Source of the DNA: a virus
Strand: one strand, 5' to 3'
Length of the DNA: 64,000 nt
Virus record (IMG/VR): IMGVR_UViG_3300020170_000001
Location: 32,001 to 96,000 of that record
Part shown: piece by piece, positions 45,656 to 55,537 of the stretch
Layout: every line of letters starts with the position of its first letter
Numbering within the stretch: position 1 is the first letter of the stretch
The notes under the pieces: model-generated
Seen by the model: only the letters and a program-made list of their open reading frames with translations
Database searches by the model: none
Told to the model about the DNA's origin: nothing
Made by a program: the position numbers and the translations under genes

Positions 45656-46060
45656 TTAGAGCTTCATCGTCCCTCGGACGGTGTCGACGGTCGCGCCGAG
45701 GTCCGTGAGAGCTGCAGCGTCCGCGCCCACGATCAGGGGGTAGTTGAGGATGCCCTGGATGACAATGTTGCCGAGCTGGTCGTTTGCGGCGGAGACGACC
45801 GTGCTGGTGTCGACGCCGAAGCGCAGAACGCCGCGGGCGACCTGGGTTCCGTCAGCATTGGCGTTGCTGTAGGCGTAGTACTTCTTGTCGGCGGTCTTCT
45901 GGCCGAGCACCGTGCCGGCGGCAAGGACGCCCTGACCGGAGCCGAGGGTCACGCCCTTCTGGGTGAATGCCGCGGTCGAGTACAGGATCTCGGGATCGGT
46001 GTAGGCGGCGGTCGGGTAGGTAAACCCCGGCACCGGGAGTTTCTGGAACTGAGTGGCCAT
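45656..46060 (-). CDS. Head decoration protein (gpD-like)
   Basis: VTLGSGQGVLAAGTVLGQKTADKKY...DGTQVARGVL motif; directly upstream of the MCP. Confidence 0.8.
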   Translation of the reverse strand: MATQFQKLPVPGFTYPTAAYTDPEILYSTAAFTQKGVTLGSGQGVLAAGTVLGQKTADKKYYAYSNANADGTQVARGVLRFGVDTSTVVSAANDQLGNIVIQGILNYPLIVGADAAALTDLGATVDTVRGTMKL

Positions 46061-46096
46061 GTAGGCGACCTCTTCTTTCTGGTGCGCGGGGCGGTA

Positions 46097-47200
46097 TTAC
46101 TTGGCGAGGATCTGCGATAGCCGCGCGATCTCGGCGTCGACGTCGACCTGGTGGTTTTTGGCCTTGGGCTCGTTGACGCCGAGCTCATTCGAGAGCTTGA
46201 TGAACGGCTGCTCGGGAACGACCTTGACGAACATGTCGGAGTGCGACAGCTTCATCTCGACCATGACCTCGCGCTGGGCCGGGAAAATGCGGCCTTCGCT
46301 GATGAGCCCGTCCACGACGTGCTCGGCGTCCCGCTTTTCCAGCGAGGCGAGGCGGTTGGTCAGGGTGACGTTGTTGGTAGCCAACTCCTGAACCGCGCCG
46401 ATCACCGTCTCGGTGCCGATGTCCTTGGCGTCGTCGGCCTTGGACAACTGCACGACGCCGGCCGTGGCGAGCGCGTCGACAATGGTCTGGCTCAGCTCAG
46501 CCTGGCGCGTGTTTTCCGCGGTCTGGGCCTGCAGCGCCGACACGTCGATGTTGTGCTTGTCCTTGAGAGTGGCAAGCAGATCCTCCAGGGACGGCTCTGC
46601 CACAGTCTCGGTCTCCTTCTCGGGCATTCGCGTCTCCTTGGCGGGCTTTTCGATGACGACCGTGTCGGAAAGCAGCACGGCTGCTTCTCCTGATCTATCG
46701 GTCGTAGCTGCCACAATCTCCTCGTAGTCGTCCAGATCGATGACGTACGGCCGATTGGTGACACAAGAATGCAGGAGGGTCGGGCCGACCTTTTTCTGGT
46801 CCTTGGTGTTGGTGTAATCGAGGGAAAGCATCGCGGAGGCACCGAGATAGGTCTTGCCCATGCGATCGGCGTGCATCGGATCACGAATATCCATGACAGC
46901 GAAAAGCTTGTCGCCGTCGATCTGCAGATCGACGACCTCACCGATGTTGCGGTCGGGTTCCTCGCTGTGCTCGTTTTTCGCATTGGCAAGGGGGACCTGC
47001 ACGATGGGGCAGACGCCGTCTTCGAAGTTCTTCTTCAGCTTGGCGATGAAGTCGTCATCGATGTTGACCTCGCCGACGGCGGGGTGGACGAGCGTTCCCT
47101 TGGTGAGAAGGTGCTTCCGGAAGAGTCGACCCTGGCGGGTGCGCGCCAGTTCGACGTAGCCGTCGCCGTTGGACGGAACGATGACTAGTTCGTCACCCAT
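46097..47200 (-). CDS. Capsid maturation protease / scaffold (Mu gpI-like)
   Basis: NEH...GEV, YLGASA, VTNRPYV N-terminal domain plus a helical C-terminal scaffold; ATG at 47200 with GGGAGG SD. Confidence 0.75.
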   Translation of the reverse strand: MGDELVIVPSNGDGYVELARTRQGRLFRKHLLTKGTLVHPAVGEVNIDDDFIAKLKKNFEDGVCPIVQVPLANAKNEHSEEPDRNIGEVVDLQIDGDKLFAVMDIRDPMHADRMGKTYLGASAMLSLDYTNTKDQKKVGPTLLHSCVTNRPYVIDLDDYEEIVAATTDRSGEAAVLLSDTVVIEKPAKETRMPEKETETVAEPSLEDLLATLKDKHNIDVSALQAQTAENTRQAELSQTIVDALATAGVVQLSKADDAKDIGTETVIGAVQELATNNVTLTNRLASLEKRDAEHVVDGLISEGRIFPAQREVMVEMKLSHSDMFVKVVPEQPFIKLSNELGVNEPKAKNHQVDVDAEIARLSQILAK

Positions 47201-47251
47201 GTTCGAACCTCCCTGAATCACCGTCCTTAATCGGACGGGCCCGGGAGGTGT

Positions 47252-47548
47252 CTAGCTCTGGGCCCAGGCGCGCCGGAACTGAGCGAGGACAATGCTCAAC
47301 GCGATGCCGTCGTTGACCTCGACCGTCTGGAATTGGTCGAGCATCGTGGGCTCGGTCGCGGCGATGAGATCCATCCATTCGGCGACCGGCATGTCGATGT
47401 CGCGTGACGCCATGAGTTCGCGTGCGCGGGCGCTGATGGCGACGTCGAGGCTCTCGGGGTAGAAATGGGAGAGCACGCCAGCGTCGCTGTAGCTCCATGC
47501 ACCAATTGGGCCAAGGCTTTGGTCGATGTGGACCAGCACATACTGCAT
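47252..47548 (-). CDS. Hypothetical protein
   Basis: ATG at 47548; 98 aa. Confidence 0.55.
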   Translation of the reverse strand: MQYVLVHIDQSLGPIGAWSYSDAGVLSHFYPESLDVAISARARELMASRDIDMPVAEWMDLIAATEPTMLDQFQTVEVNDGIALSIVLAQFRRAWAQS

Positions 47549-47589
47549 AGCTGCACCGTTCCTCGGATAAGCATGGCTTGCCCCCGTCA

Positions 47590-48438
47590 TCAGGTCTTCA
47601 CCAACTCGACCTGACATCGGCAGTTCGGGTGCCGGGGCGGTGCGAGGAGGTTCCGCCAGACCGGCCGGTAGTCCTTTTCGGAGACGGTGGCGTTGTGGTC
47701 GAACTGCGCGTTGATGCCGACCATCGTGCCGTCCAGCGCCGCGCACATGCCGCAGGGCGTGATCGAGGTGACGACCCAACGCTTCATTAGCCCGGGGATG
47801 CCGATGCGGGACTGGAATTCGCTGTAGATCGCCTGCTGCGCGTCGGTGGCTCCCTGCTGGACCGCAGTGCCTGCGGCAGCTGCGGCACGGTTGGCCAGCC
47901 GAGCCCCAGCCATTGTCACGGCTTGCTTGATGGCCAACAGGCGGGCCGACTGGGCATCCGGTCCTTGGATGCCGTCGAAGGCGGCGGCGATCGCGTTCTG
48001 CAGGTCGGTCTGGGCGTGACCGAACATGGTGTCTACGTCGCGCAGGATCACATCGATCGTGTCGCCCAGCTCCGGCAGCACGCTGGGTACGTCGTAGCCC
48101 TCGTGCTGCAGGTCGGCGGTGAGCTTGATGAGGGCGACTTGCGCGGCTGCCGCGTAGCCCGCCTGGATGCTGGCGGCGACACTCTCCCGGGCCGCAGCGA
48201 GGTTGTGCGTGATGGCTTGGCTAAGGCTGGCCAGGCTCAGCAGCCCGACACCGGTGATGACCGAGGCGGGCGCAGTGCTGGCGGTGACCACGGCCACGTC
48301 GGCGATGCCCTGCAGCGCGGCCTGGATGTCGTCGTCGACCTCCTGCCGGACGCGCGTTTCGACGGCGATCAGAGCGAGGCCGAGAGTTGCTCCCGCGATG
48401 ATCTTGCCGGTGTCACCCTGGTCGGCGGGCTGAGTCAC
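47590..48438 (-). CDS. MuF-like minor head / morphogenesis protein
   Basis: KRW...CGMC..LDG...PPRHPNCRC. Confidence 0.85.
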   Translation of the reverse strand: MTQPADQGDTGKIIAGATLGLALIAVETRVRQEVDDDIQAALQGIADVAVVTASTAPASVITGVGLLSLASLSQAITHNLAAARESVAASIQAGYAAAAQVALIKLTADLQHEGYDVPSVLPELGDTIDVILRDVDTMFGHAQTDLQNAIAAAFDGIQGPDAQSARLLAIKQAVTMAGARLANRAAAAAGTAVQQGATDAQQAIYSEFQSRIGIPGLMKRWVVTSITPCGMCAALDGTMVGINAQFDHNATVSEKDYRPVWRNLLAPPRHPNCRCQVELVKT

Positions 48439-49754
48439 TGCCGACCGAGCCGGGCGTTGATCAGCGGCAGGTACGTCGGTTCACGCTCGATCGTGACGCA
48501 GTTGAACCCTTCCAGCTGGCAGGCGTGGGCGGTGGTACCCGACCCGGCGAACGGGTCCAGCACGGTACCGCCAGGCGGTGACACGAGCTTCACCAGCCAG
48601 CGCATGAGTTCCAACGGCTTGACGGTGGGGTGCGAGACACCATCGACCGTGAGGCGTTCCTTGCTACTGGCCTTGGCCTGGTAGCGGAAGGTCGGAAAGA
48701 AGCGTGACGCACCGCCCTCGACATCGAACCGCTCAATGAGCCCGTCCTGACCGCCGTGCCCGGTAATGGAGACACCGCCCGCGCCGCGCTGAGCGCGGCG
48801 GTGCCCGGCGCGGCGGATTCCGGAGTCCTCATCCAGGCTGGTGACGGCGCAGCCGGGGGCGCAGCTGCCGTTGCAGTCCGGAGTGTGGCTGAGGACGACG
48901 TTGGCGGGCCAGCGGCCTTGCGTGTGTTCTTGCGTCCTCGTGACGCCGTTGGTGTACGGACGGTCCCAGCCGCCGGTCTCGTCAACTTGGTGTGCAGCCC
49001 GGCCCCCTCTGCCGCCGACGGCGCTACCGGGGTTCGCGCGGCAGGCATCGATGTTGAGCGCGCCGGTGCCGTGGGTCAGCACGTTGCTGGCGACGGTCCC
49101 GGTCAGCGGCTTGCGGGCGACCACGATGGGCTCCGAGGCGGGTTTGAGGGCCGTCCCCCACCCGGCCCACAGGGCGGCATCCTCGGTGGCAGGTGCGGTC
49201 AAAGGCAGCGCACTTGCGGTGCCGAGCGGACCAGACATTGATCCGGAGACAGATGATCCGCCGCCGTGTCGATGGTGCACCCCAATAACCGGGCGTACGA
49301 CCCCGGCGGCTTTGTCGATGGCCTTGGACACGTCCATGGATTTGGGGAAGCCGGATCCGTAGAGCCAGGTGATGGAGTCGCGGATCTCGAAGCCGGCGTC
49401 CTCGATGCCACAGGCCAGTCGGTGGTGGGTGCGGGTGCCGCCGAACGCGAGCAGGTGCCCGCCGGGTTTGAGCACGCGCAGGCAGGCGGCAGCCCATTGC
49501 TGGGTCCATTGCTGGTACAGGCTTCCGGCCGGGTATTCCGGCGAGGACCGGGAGGTCCGGCCGTACACCGAGTCACGGCCCACCTCAGCGGGGTTCAGCG
49601 AGCGCCGGAACCCGTCGGCCCCGTCCCAGTCCTTGCCCATGAATTCCAGGCCGTAGGGCGGGTCGGTAACGATGGCGTCGATCGAGCAGGCGTCGAGTGC
49701 GGTGAGTTCCTCGATCGCGTCGCCGGAGATGACCTGGATGTCGGGCATCGTCAC
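48435..49754 (-). CDS. DNA methyltransferase (N6-A/N4-C, beta class)
   Basis: TDPPY catalytic motif N-terminal to HPTVKP and LDPFAGSGTT. Confidence 0.92.
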   Translation of the reverse strand: MTMPDIQVISGDAIEELTALDACSIDAIVTDPPYGLEFMGKDWDGADGFRRSLNPAEVGRDSVYGRTSRSSPEYPAGSLYQQWTQQWAAACLRVLKPGGHLLAFGGTRTHHRLACGIEDAGFEIRDSITWLYGSGFPKSMDVSKAIDKAAGVVRPVIGVHHRHGGGSSVSGSMSGPLGTASALPLTAPATEDAALWAGWGTALKPASEPIVVARKPLTGTVASNVLTHGTGALNIDACRANPGSAVGGRGGRAAHQVDETGGWDRPYTNGVTRTQEHTQGRWPANVVLSHTPDCNGSCAPGCAVTSLDEDSGIRRAGHRRAQRGAGGVSITGHGGQDGLIERFDVEGGASRFFPTFRYQAKASSKERLTVDGVSHPTVKPLELMRWLVKLVSPPGGTVLDPFAGSGTTAHACQLEGFNCVTIEREPTYLPLINARLGRQ

Positions 49755-51868
49755 GAGGCCGATTTCGGCTTCGGTGCCTTTTCGGCGGGGTCGGTCTTGG
49801 GGGTGAGGGTCTTGTCGACCTTCCAGCCGTACTTAGCGAAGACACCGATGTCGAAGACCTGGCGGGGTGTCATCTTGCCGGTCGCGTCGCGGATGGCGAC
49901 GGTGCCGTCGCCGTAGTCGATCAGCTGCGCGCCGGGCTCCTTGGGGTTGGTGAGAATCTGCTGCGGCCGGGCCGGCTCCCCGGGTCCCGGGCCGGGGTTC
50001 ACGCCACCGGTGTCCGCCGTGGCCCCCTTCCCGCCGCCAAGGGTCTGGCTCTTGACGTTGCTGGTGTCGCCCTTCCCGCCGCCCTGGACGTCGCCGTTGC
50101 CGTCTTTGCCGGGCGCGTGCCGTACCGTCGGGTCGGGATTGTGCGAATGGTCGCGGCCGTACTTCTCGCCCTTCTGGCCGTGCTTAGCCAGCTTCTTGTC
50201 CATGTCCCGGGTGATCGGGGAACCGACGGGCACGCCGTAGGTGCGAGCCCCCTCGACGCTGCGGACGAATTTCGGGCCGCCGGAGTTGGGCCGGCCCCGG
50301 GTCAGCGACGCGACCGCGTCGTCGAGCAGCGCGGCGGCCAATTCGGTCACGGTGAGACCGACCTCGGCGTTGCTGAGGGTGAACCCGCTGGGGACGCTCG
50401 CCGGGCTGATCTGCGCGCCGTGTGGCGGGAGCGTGGCGGGGGGCCCGCCGACCGCGGGAGCGGCGACATCGGGCGCGTTCGGCGCGCCAGCGTCGGCGTT
50501 CATCTGTTGCTGCTGGGCCAGCAACTCGGCCTGGGCCTGCTCCTCCTGCTCGCGCTGGGCGACGGCTTCCCAGTCCACTTCGAGACCGAATTCGTCGGCG
50601 ACCTGCTTTTCGATCTGCCGGAACATCTCCGGGGCCATCCCGGTGGCGTCGGGCGAGACGACCGCGACGGCCTTATACAGGTCCAGCAGCGCCGACTTCT
50701 GCTCGTCGGTCATCGTGCCGAACCGGAATAGCGGATACTTGCCGCTGCCGAAGTTCCAGTCGATGAACCTCGGGATGATCTTGGTGTTGACGACCTCTTC
50801 GATCTCACCCATGATCGTCTGCAGCATGAGCAGGAACAGCGCGTCGGACTGCCGTCCGAAGTCGACGAGACTCGCGTCGCCGCCGGTGCCCTGGCTGTCG
50901 TCGAAGAACGCAGCCAAAACGCTCTTGGACATCTGGGAATTGTGGTGGTTGATGTAGGCCAGGAAGTCGAAGCCGGTCGACTCGCGCAGCGACTCCACCT
51001 TGTACGTCTCAGGGATCGTCATCCACTGCGCGATACCAAGATCCGACAGGGAGCGCTGGAACTCCAGCTTTTCCTCGCGCGACGGGTTCTGCGGCATGGT
51101 GCCGACCCGGGTGCCGACCGCGGCACGCTGCGCGGCGATATGCGCCACGACATACAGCTTGAACTTGGCTTCCCAGTGCTTGTAGGCGGCGTTGAAGTAG
51201 CTGATTCCGTAGAACGGCCGCTCTTCCTCGTTCGCCGCGTAGTAGACAACGTCGGCCGCCGGGATGATCACATCGACTTGCCGGTCGTGATACATGGTCC
51301 GCTGCCGGAGGCCGAACAACTCGCTCCTGTCGTCCAGCAGGAACGTGATCTGCTCGCTCGGCCGCTGCGCAAGCTTCTTGAGCGTCCATTTGCCCTTGAG
51401 CGGACCCTGGGTGGGCTGCCAGTAGACCATCTCGAAGGCTTCGAACCCGTCGAAGATGGCCATGAGCATCTGCGCCATGACCCGCCCGAACGGCACGACC
51501 ATCCCGCCGCCGGTCACGGGCATCTGAAACATCTGCTGGATGAACAGCGCCTCGTCCTCGCCGCCGTCGACGCCTTCCTCCGGGACGAAGGTGGCGGTCT
51601 TCAGCGCGGCCCGGATCGGCAGGGTGATCAGCCGGTACAGCGCTCGGGCCTGCCCGTCGGTGCGCCGCATCGCGATGAGCTCGCGAACGGTGACGTCCTC
51701 GGTGCGCAGCGCCTCCCAGACGCTCTTGTACGCGGTCTGCCAGGGCAGGAACGCCGAGACGCCGACTTCGATGTCGGCCTGCGGCTTCGGCTGGACTCCG
51801 GAGATCGACGACTTACGCCTGTTGCCCCCATCGTCACCGGCGACAGCGGTCCTGGTTGACGTCGTCAT
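49751..51868 (-). CDS. Portal protein with a long C-terminal extension
   Basis: Follows TerL; FDGFEAFEMVY and INHHNSQMSKSVLA are Mu gp29/DUF935-like motifs. Confidence 0.85.
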   Translation of the reverse strand: MTTSTRTAVAGDDGGNRRKSSISGVQPKPQADIEVGVSAFLPWQTAYKSVWEALRTEDVTVRELIAMRRTDGQARALYRLITLPIRAALKTATFVPEEGVDGGEDEALFIQQMFQMPVTGGGMVVPFGRVMAQMLMAIFDGFEAFEMVYWQPTQGPLKGKWTLKKLAQRPSEQITFLLDDRSELFGLRQRTMYHDRQVDVIIPAADVVYYAANEEERPFYGISYFNAAYKHWEAKFKLYVVAHIAAQRAAVGTRVGTMPQNPSREEKLEFQRSLSDLGIAQWMTIPETYKVESLRESTGFDFLAYINHHNSQMSKSVLAAFFDDSQGTGGDASLVDFGRQSDALFLLMLQTIMGEIEEVVNTKIIPRFIDWNFGSGKYPLFRFGTMTDEQKSALLDLYKAVAVVSPDATGMAPEMFRQIEKQVADEFGLEVDWEAVAQREQEEQAQAELLAQQQQMNADAGAPNAPDVAAPAVGGPPATLPPHGAQISPASVPSGFTLSNAEVGLTVTELAAALLDDAVASLTRGRPNSGGPKFVRSVEGARTYGVPVGSPITRDMDKKLAKHGQKGEKYGRDHSHNPDPTVRHAPGKDGNGDVQGGGKGDTSNVKSQTLGGGKGATADTGGVNPGPGPGEPARPQQILTNPKEPGAQLIDYGDGTVAIRDATGKMTPRQVFDIGVFAKYGWKVDKTLTPKTDPAEKAPKPKSAS

Positions 51869-51875
51869 AGCTGTT

Positions 51876-54800
51876 CTATCGGAATTCGCCTACGGGGACG
51901 TAAAGACTATTCGTCCAAACCCGACGAACGTTCGCAACTCCGAATGGCAATTCGGCGGCCGGCCCGGTGCTGAAGGTGTCGGGCTCGTAATAGCGGCGCT
52001 CGCCGGAGCCTTCCTCCCGACCGCCGAGCCGAACCGAGGTCATGGCGACGCAGGCGAGAGCGTCTGCCAGGTCCTTGCTGCCATCCGCCGGGTGGTCAAC
52101 CCGTCCGTTCGGCAGCCGCGAGAGCGCCAGCAGTTCCTCGCGGAGCAGGAACGGGGCAGCTTTTGCTTCCAGTTCCGGCACCGAGAGCCGAGGGATCTCG
52201 ATACGACCTTCGTAAATCAAATCGCGAAGGTTGCGCCAGGGCTCTTCCGACATGTCCGTGGAGATCTTCTCGCAGCCGATCCCCCGGGATTCAAGGATCT
52301 GCATGCTGTCTTGGCTCTGAAAACTGTCGAACGTGAACAGCCGGATGTTGAACCCACGGCGGATCAGCTCGAAGCACAGCTGCCGCGCCCAGCGGATCTG
52401 AATCTCACGAGGAGGTTCGGCCGAGGAATCCGCAGAGTAGGAGATGACGAAGTCGACCTTGACCTTGGGTCGGACTTCCCGCACGACATACGGTGCGCCG
52501 TCCTCGTCTTCCGTGACGGTCTCGTGCTCGGCGTAGTCGATGACGTGCGCCATGGCCAGCCCGGCCCGGTCCCCGCTGACCGCGAGGTCGGCGTGCATGG
52601 TGTAGATGGCACCGCGGACGGGGAACAGGGTGTCGGCGAAGGTGTAGTACGGCGTCCACACTCGCCGCTGCGTGCGCTCGCTTTTCTCCATGGTGTAGCC
52701 GACGCTCAACGGCTCACTTTTGAGCATCACGAATGCGGAGTCGACGGCTTGGACGTTGCGGAAGTAGGGGTTGATGGCGCGGGCGGGCCGACACTCGTAC
52801 TTGGCCCGGGCCATGATGGGATCTTCGCGGTAATCCTCGGCGAAGGCCTCCCGGCCGGGAACGCGCGGGTTGACCTCCCAGGTCGCCATCGGACCGGAGA
52901 CGTAGTGTCGCGACAGTTGACCGCGCTCGTTGAAGTCTTCCCGGGCCGCGTCGGTCAGTTGCTGGATCGTCGAGCCCAGGTAGCGGGGGTACGAGATGCG
53001 GACGTTCTTGAAGACTTCCGGGAACCTCGTGCTTGACGACGTCCGCATCATGTTGAGGATGCCCTCGGCGGACTTCGTGGGCTCGCGCGCCGACGAGCCC
53101 TTGCGGAATTGCATCTCCTTCTTGGACTTGAAGGCGTCGATCTCGTCGGCGATGGCAAGTAGGAGGTTGAGGCCTTCCTGGGTCTCGGCGTCAGAGTGCC
53201 CGGAGACCGACTCGATGTTCTTCTTGTAACTGACCGTGTTGAGCCGCGGCGTGCACTTGTCGGCGAACCAGCCCTTTTTCGCGGCCCGGACGATGGGCAT
53301 GAAGAATGCCTGCTGCGCCTGCGCAGAACTGGAAGCGACGTTGAGCAGATGGATGGTGTCCTGTTCGGGCATGCCGTAATAGATCTGCGGCGATTGCAGG
53401 CACAGCAGCAGGTAGGCGATACGCATCGACGCTACTCGACAGATGTGATCTTTTCCGGAGTTGGAATTGATAAACGCCGATGTCCCGGCCGCATACGTGC
53501 CGGCTCCTGGAACATGAACGTCCCAGTAGTCCTGGTCGCCCAGTGGTTCAATGCTGACCACCTGGTCCCAATAGACATCGCCGGCCATAACTTGCTGACG
53601 GCGCAGCGGAACGTGCTCCAGCATCTCAACACGGCGGCGCTCTTTCTCACCGTGCAACGTGAGCACCGCAAGCAGCCGCTTCAGATGTTGATCGGCCTGA
53701 ACCTCCACGCGCCAGGCCCTACGCCCCTCTCGACGCTCACCCTTGTAGACATAGGAGGACACCTTGCTCGTCAGTCGGGCAACGACCCCAAATCGCAAAA
53801 GGAGGCGCTGAATATCGCGAGCGAGATCCTCTGAAACAGTGCAGTATTCTGCCCGCGGCTGGCCCTTCGACGAGGAGTACAACGATCCGTCGGTGTCCCA
53901 GAGCCCAGAGATAAAGGTCGCTAGTTGATCATTCGGCAAGGAGAAGAACTCGGGCGGCACCCGCTTATCCCAGGCGCGACTGCCGTAGAGGCCGTACTTG
54001 CGGATAATGTCGAGCAGCGGCGTCTTCGACTTCCTGCCGCGGCCGGGTTGCGTCGCGCGGATACGCATGGTCCCGGACTGCATCGTCTCGCACTTGGCAA
54101 TGATGTCTTCGTAGGACTCGACCAGCTCGATGTACCGGTTGCGCAGGTCATCGGCGACTGGCTTTGAGTCGATGTAGAACGCCCACTGCGGCGAGCCCTC
54201 GACCGGCATGGAACCGTCGCCGATCCAGTAGCCCACGAGTTCGACTTCACGCGGATCCTGCGGGACTGGTTCAAGGCAGTCGAGCTTCGACATCACCGCG
54301 AGACGGTCACCGACTTGGAGCTCGCCGGCTTGCTTCCAGACTGGCTTTGCCAGATCGTAGCGGTCTTTGTAGGGCAGGTTGTGGGTCTCCCAGGAAACGA
54401 ACAGGTGCCCGACATAAACGTCGATGTGCGCGCCGGTTGCGGTTGTGACTCGAACACACTGCCCCCGGCCACGCTTGAATGGGGCACCGTCGGTTTGCGC
54501 CGAGACTCGGTTTTCACCTCGCACCAAAGCAGGCTCGCCGGGCAGGTGTTCCGTGGTCCCGCTCGCGTTGACCGCGTCGATGCCCTGAACCGTCAGGGAC
54601 TCACCGACCCCGCCCACTTGACGCCACTGACCGGACCGGACATCATAGATCGGTACATCGACACATATGCATCCCTTACCCCACTGGAGGGTCGCGAAGT
54701 TGACCATCCGTAGGGGCTGTGACCAGTACTTTTCCTCGCGCCAGACCGCGGAGGCGGAGGCGATGTGGAGCCTTCCTTCGCGTTTCCCGGTCTCGAATTC

Positions 54801-55037
54801 GGTGGCGAGCAGGGGGTAGGTGGGCTGGTAGTAGATCCGCTCGATGTGGCGCACGGCGTCGTATTGGACTTGTGACAGCGGCGGGTTGCCGAGGAATTTC
54901 TTGTCTTGCACGAAGACGGTTAGCGGGACGGGTTCTTCGTCGAAGATGGTGTCGATGCCGTGCGGGTCGTCGGCTTTGATTTCGCTGGCGGCTTTGCGCA
55001 GTTCGGCGGAGAAGTCCCAGGGCTCGTTCTTCGCCAC
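51876..55037 (-). CDS. terL: Terminase large subunit (intein-containing)
   Basis: Walker A GKG|SGKD split by the intein; Walker B IADEID; RNase H-like HADLAVSGD and SKDLADA; GTG at 55037. Confidence 0.92.
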   Translation of the reverse strand: MAKNEPWDFSAELRKAASEIKADDPHGIDTIFDEEPVPLTVFVQDKKFLGNPPLSQVQYDAVRHIERIYYQPTYPLLATEFETGKREGRLHIASASAVWREEKYWSQPLRMVNFATLQWGKGCICVDVPIYDVRSGQWRQVGGVGESLTVQGIDAVNASGTTEHLPGEPALVRGENRVSAQTDGAPFKRGRGQCVRVTTATGAHIDVYVGHLFVSWETHNLPYKDRYDLAKPVWKQAGELQVGDRLAVMSKLDCLEPVPQDPREVELVGYWIGDGSMPVEGSPQWAFYIDSKPVADDLRNRYIELVESYEDIIAKCETMQSGTMRIRATQPGRGRKSKTPLLDIIRKYGLYGSRAWDKRVPPEFFSLPNDQLATFISGLWDTDGSLYSSSKGQPRAEYCTVSEDLARDIQRLLLRFGVVARLTSKVSSYVYKGERREGRRAWRVEVQADQHLKRLLAVLTLHGEKERRRVEMLEHVPLRRQQVMAGDVYWDQVVSIEPLGDQDYWDVHVPGAGTYAAGTSAFINSNSGKDHICRVASMRIAYLLLCLQSPQIYYGMPEQDTIHLLNVASSSAQAQQAFFMPIVRAAKKGWFADKCTPRLNTVSYKKNIESVSGHSDAETQEGLNLLLAIADEIDAFKSKKEMQFRKGSSAREPTKSAEGILNMMRTSSSTRFPEVFKNVRISYPRYLGSTIQQLTDAAREDFNERGQLSRHYVSGPMATWEVNPRVPGREAFAEDYREDPIMARAKYECRPARAINPYFRNVQAVDSAFVMLKSEPLSVGYTMEKSERTQRRVWTPYYTFADTLFPVRGAIYTMHADLAVSGDRAGLAMAHVIDYAEHETVTEDEDGAPYVVREVRPKVKVDFVISYSADSSAEPPREIQIRWARQLCFELIRRGFNIRLFTFDSFQSQDSMQILESRGIGCEKISTDMSEEPWRNLRDLIYEGRIEIPRLSVPELEAKAAPFLLREELLALSRLPNGRVDHPADGSKDLADALACVAMTSVRLGGREEGSGERRYYEPDTFSTGPAAELPFGVANVRRVWTNSLYVPVGEFR
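53460..54671 (-). mobile_element. Intein with a LAGLIDADG homing endonuclease (404 aa)
   Basis: Begins CICVD and ends YWDVHV...FINSN before Ser+1; LVGYWIGDG and FISGLWDTDG motifs. Confidence 0.92.
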
Positions 55038-55537
55038 TAGATGCCTACGATGACGGCTTGCTGCGCGGTGAAGGTGCCGGTCGAGCAGGTGGCCGAGAGG
55101 GTGATAAACCAGCCGTTGGTGGTGTTGACGGTGGGCGTGGTGACGGCGGCCACGAGGGTGGGCAGCAGCGCCGCCTGGGCGAAGCCAAAGGCTTCGCATT
55201 GGACGGTGCCGGAGCTGCCGCTGGCGCGGACGGTCAACAGGCCGTCGAAGCCGGCGCGTTGGTTGGCGACTTGGGCGGCGCTGGTGATCGATTGCCAGAT
55301 CTGGGTGTCGGCGGTGGTGCCGTTCGCTCCGGCGTGCGCGTGGAAGATCAGGGTGCCGGTGCTGCTGCTGGTTCCGATGAGGCTGACTCGAAACGCTTGG
55401 CCGGTGATGGCGAAGTTCGCGGGCACGGCCACCGAGAGCAGGGCCGTGTTGCCGGTGCCGACGGTGGCGGCGGTGGCGGCGAGGTTGCTGTTGACCACTT
55501 CGCTGGCGGGTGGGCCGGATCCATCGAACAGGGGCAT
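55037..55537 (-). CDS. Virion structural protein
   Basis: ATG at 55537; Thr/Ala/Gly-rich beta protein. Confidence 0.6.
   Translation of the reverse strand: MPLFDGSGPPASEVVNSNLAATAATVGTGNTALLSVAVPANFAITGQAFRVSLIGTSSSTGTLIFHAHAGANGTTADTQIWQSITSAAQVANQRAGFDGLLTVRASGSSGTVQCEAFGFAQAALLPTLVAAVTTPTVNTTNGWFITLSATCSTGTFTAQQAVIVGI

Noticed and set aside
48435-49754. Restriction-modification system
   Set aside because: The methyltransferase is an orphan between portal and MuF, with no adjacent endonuclease
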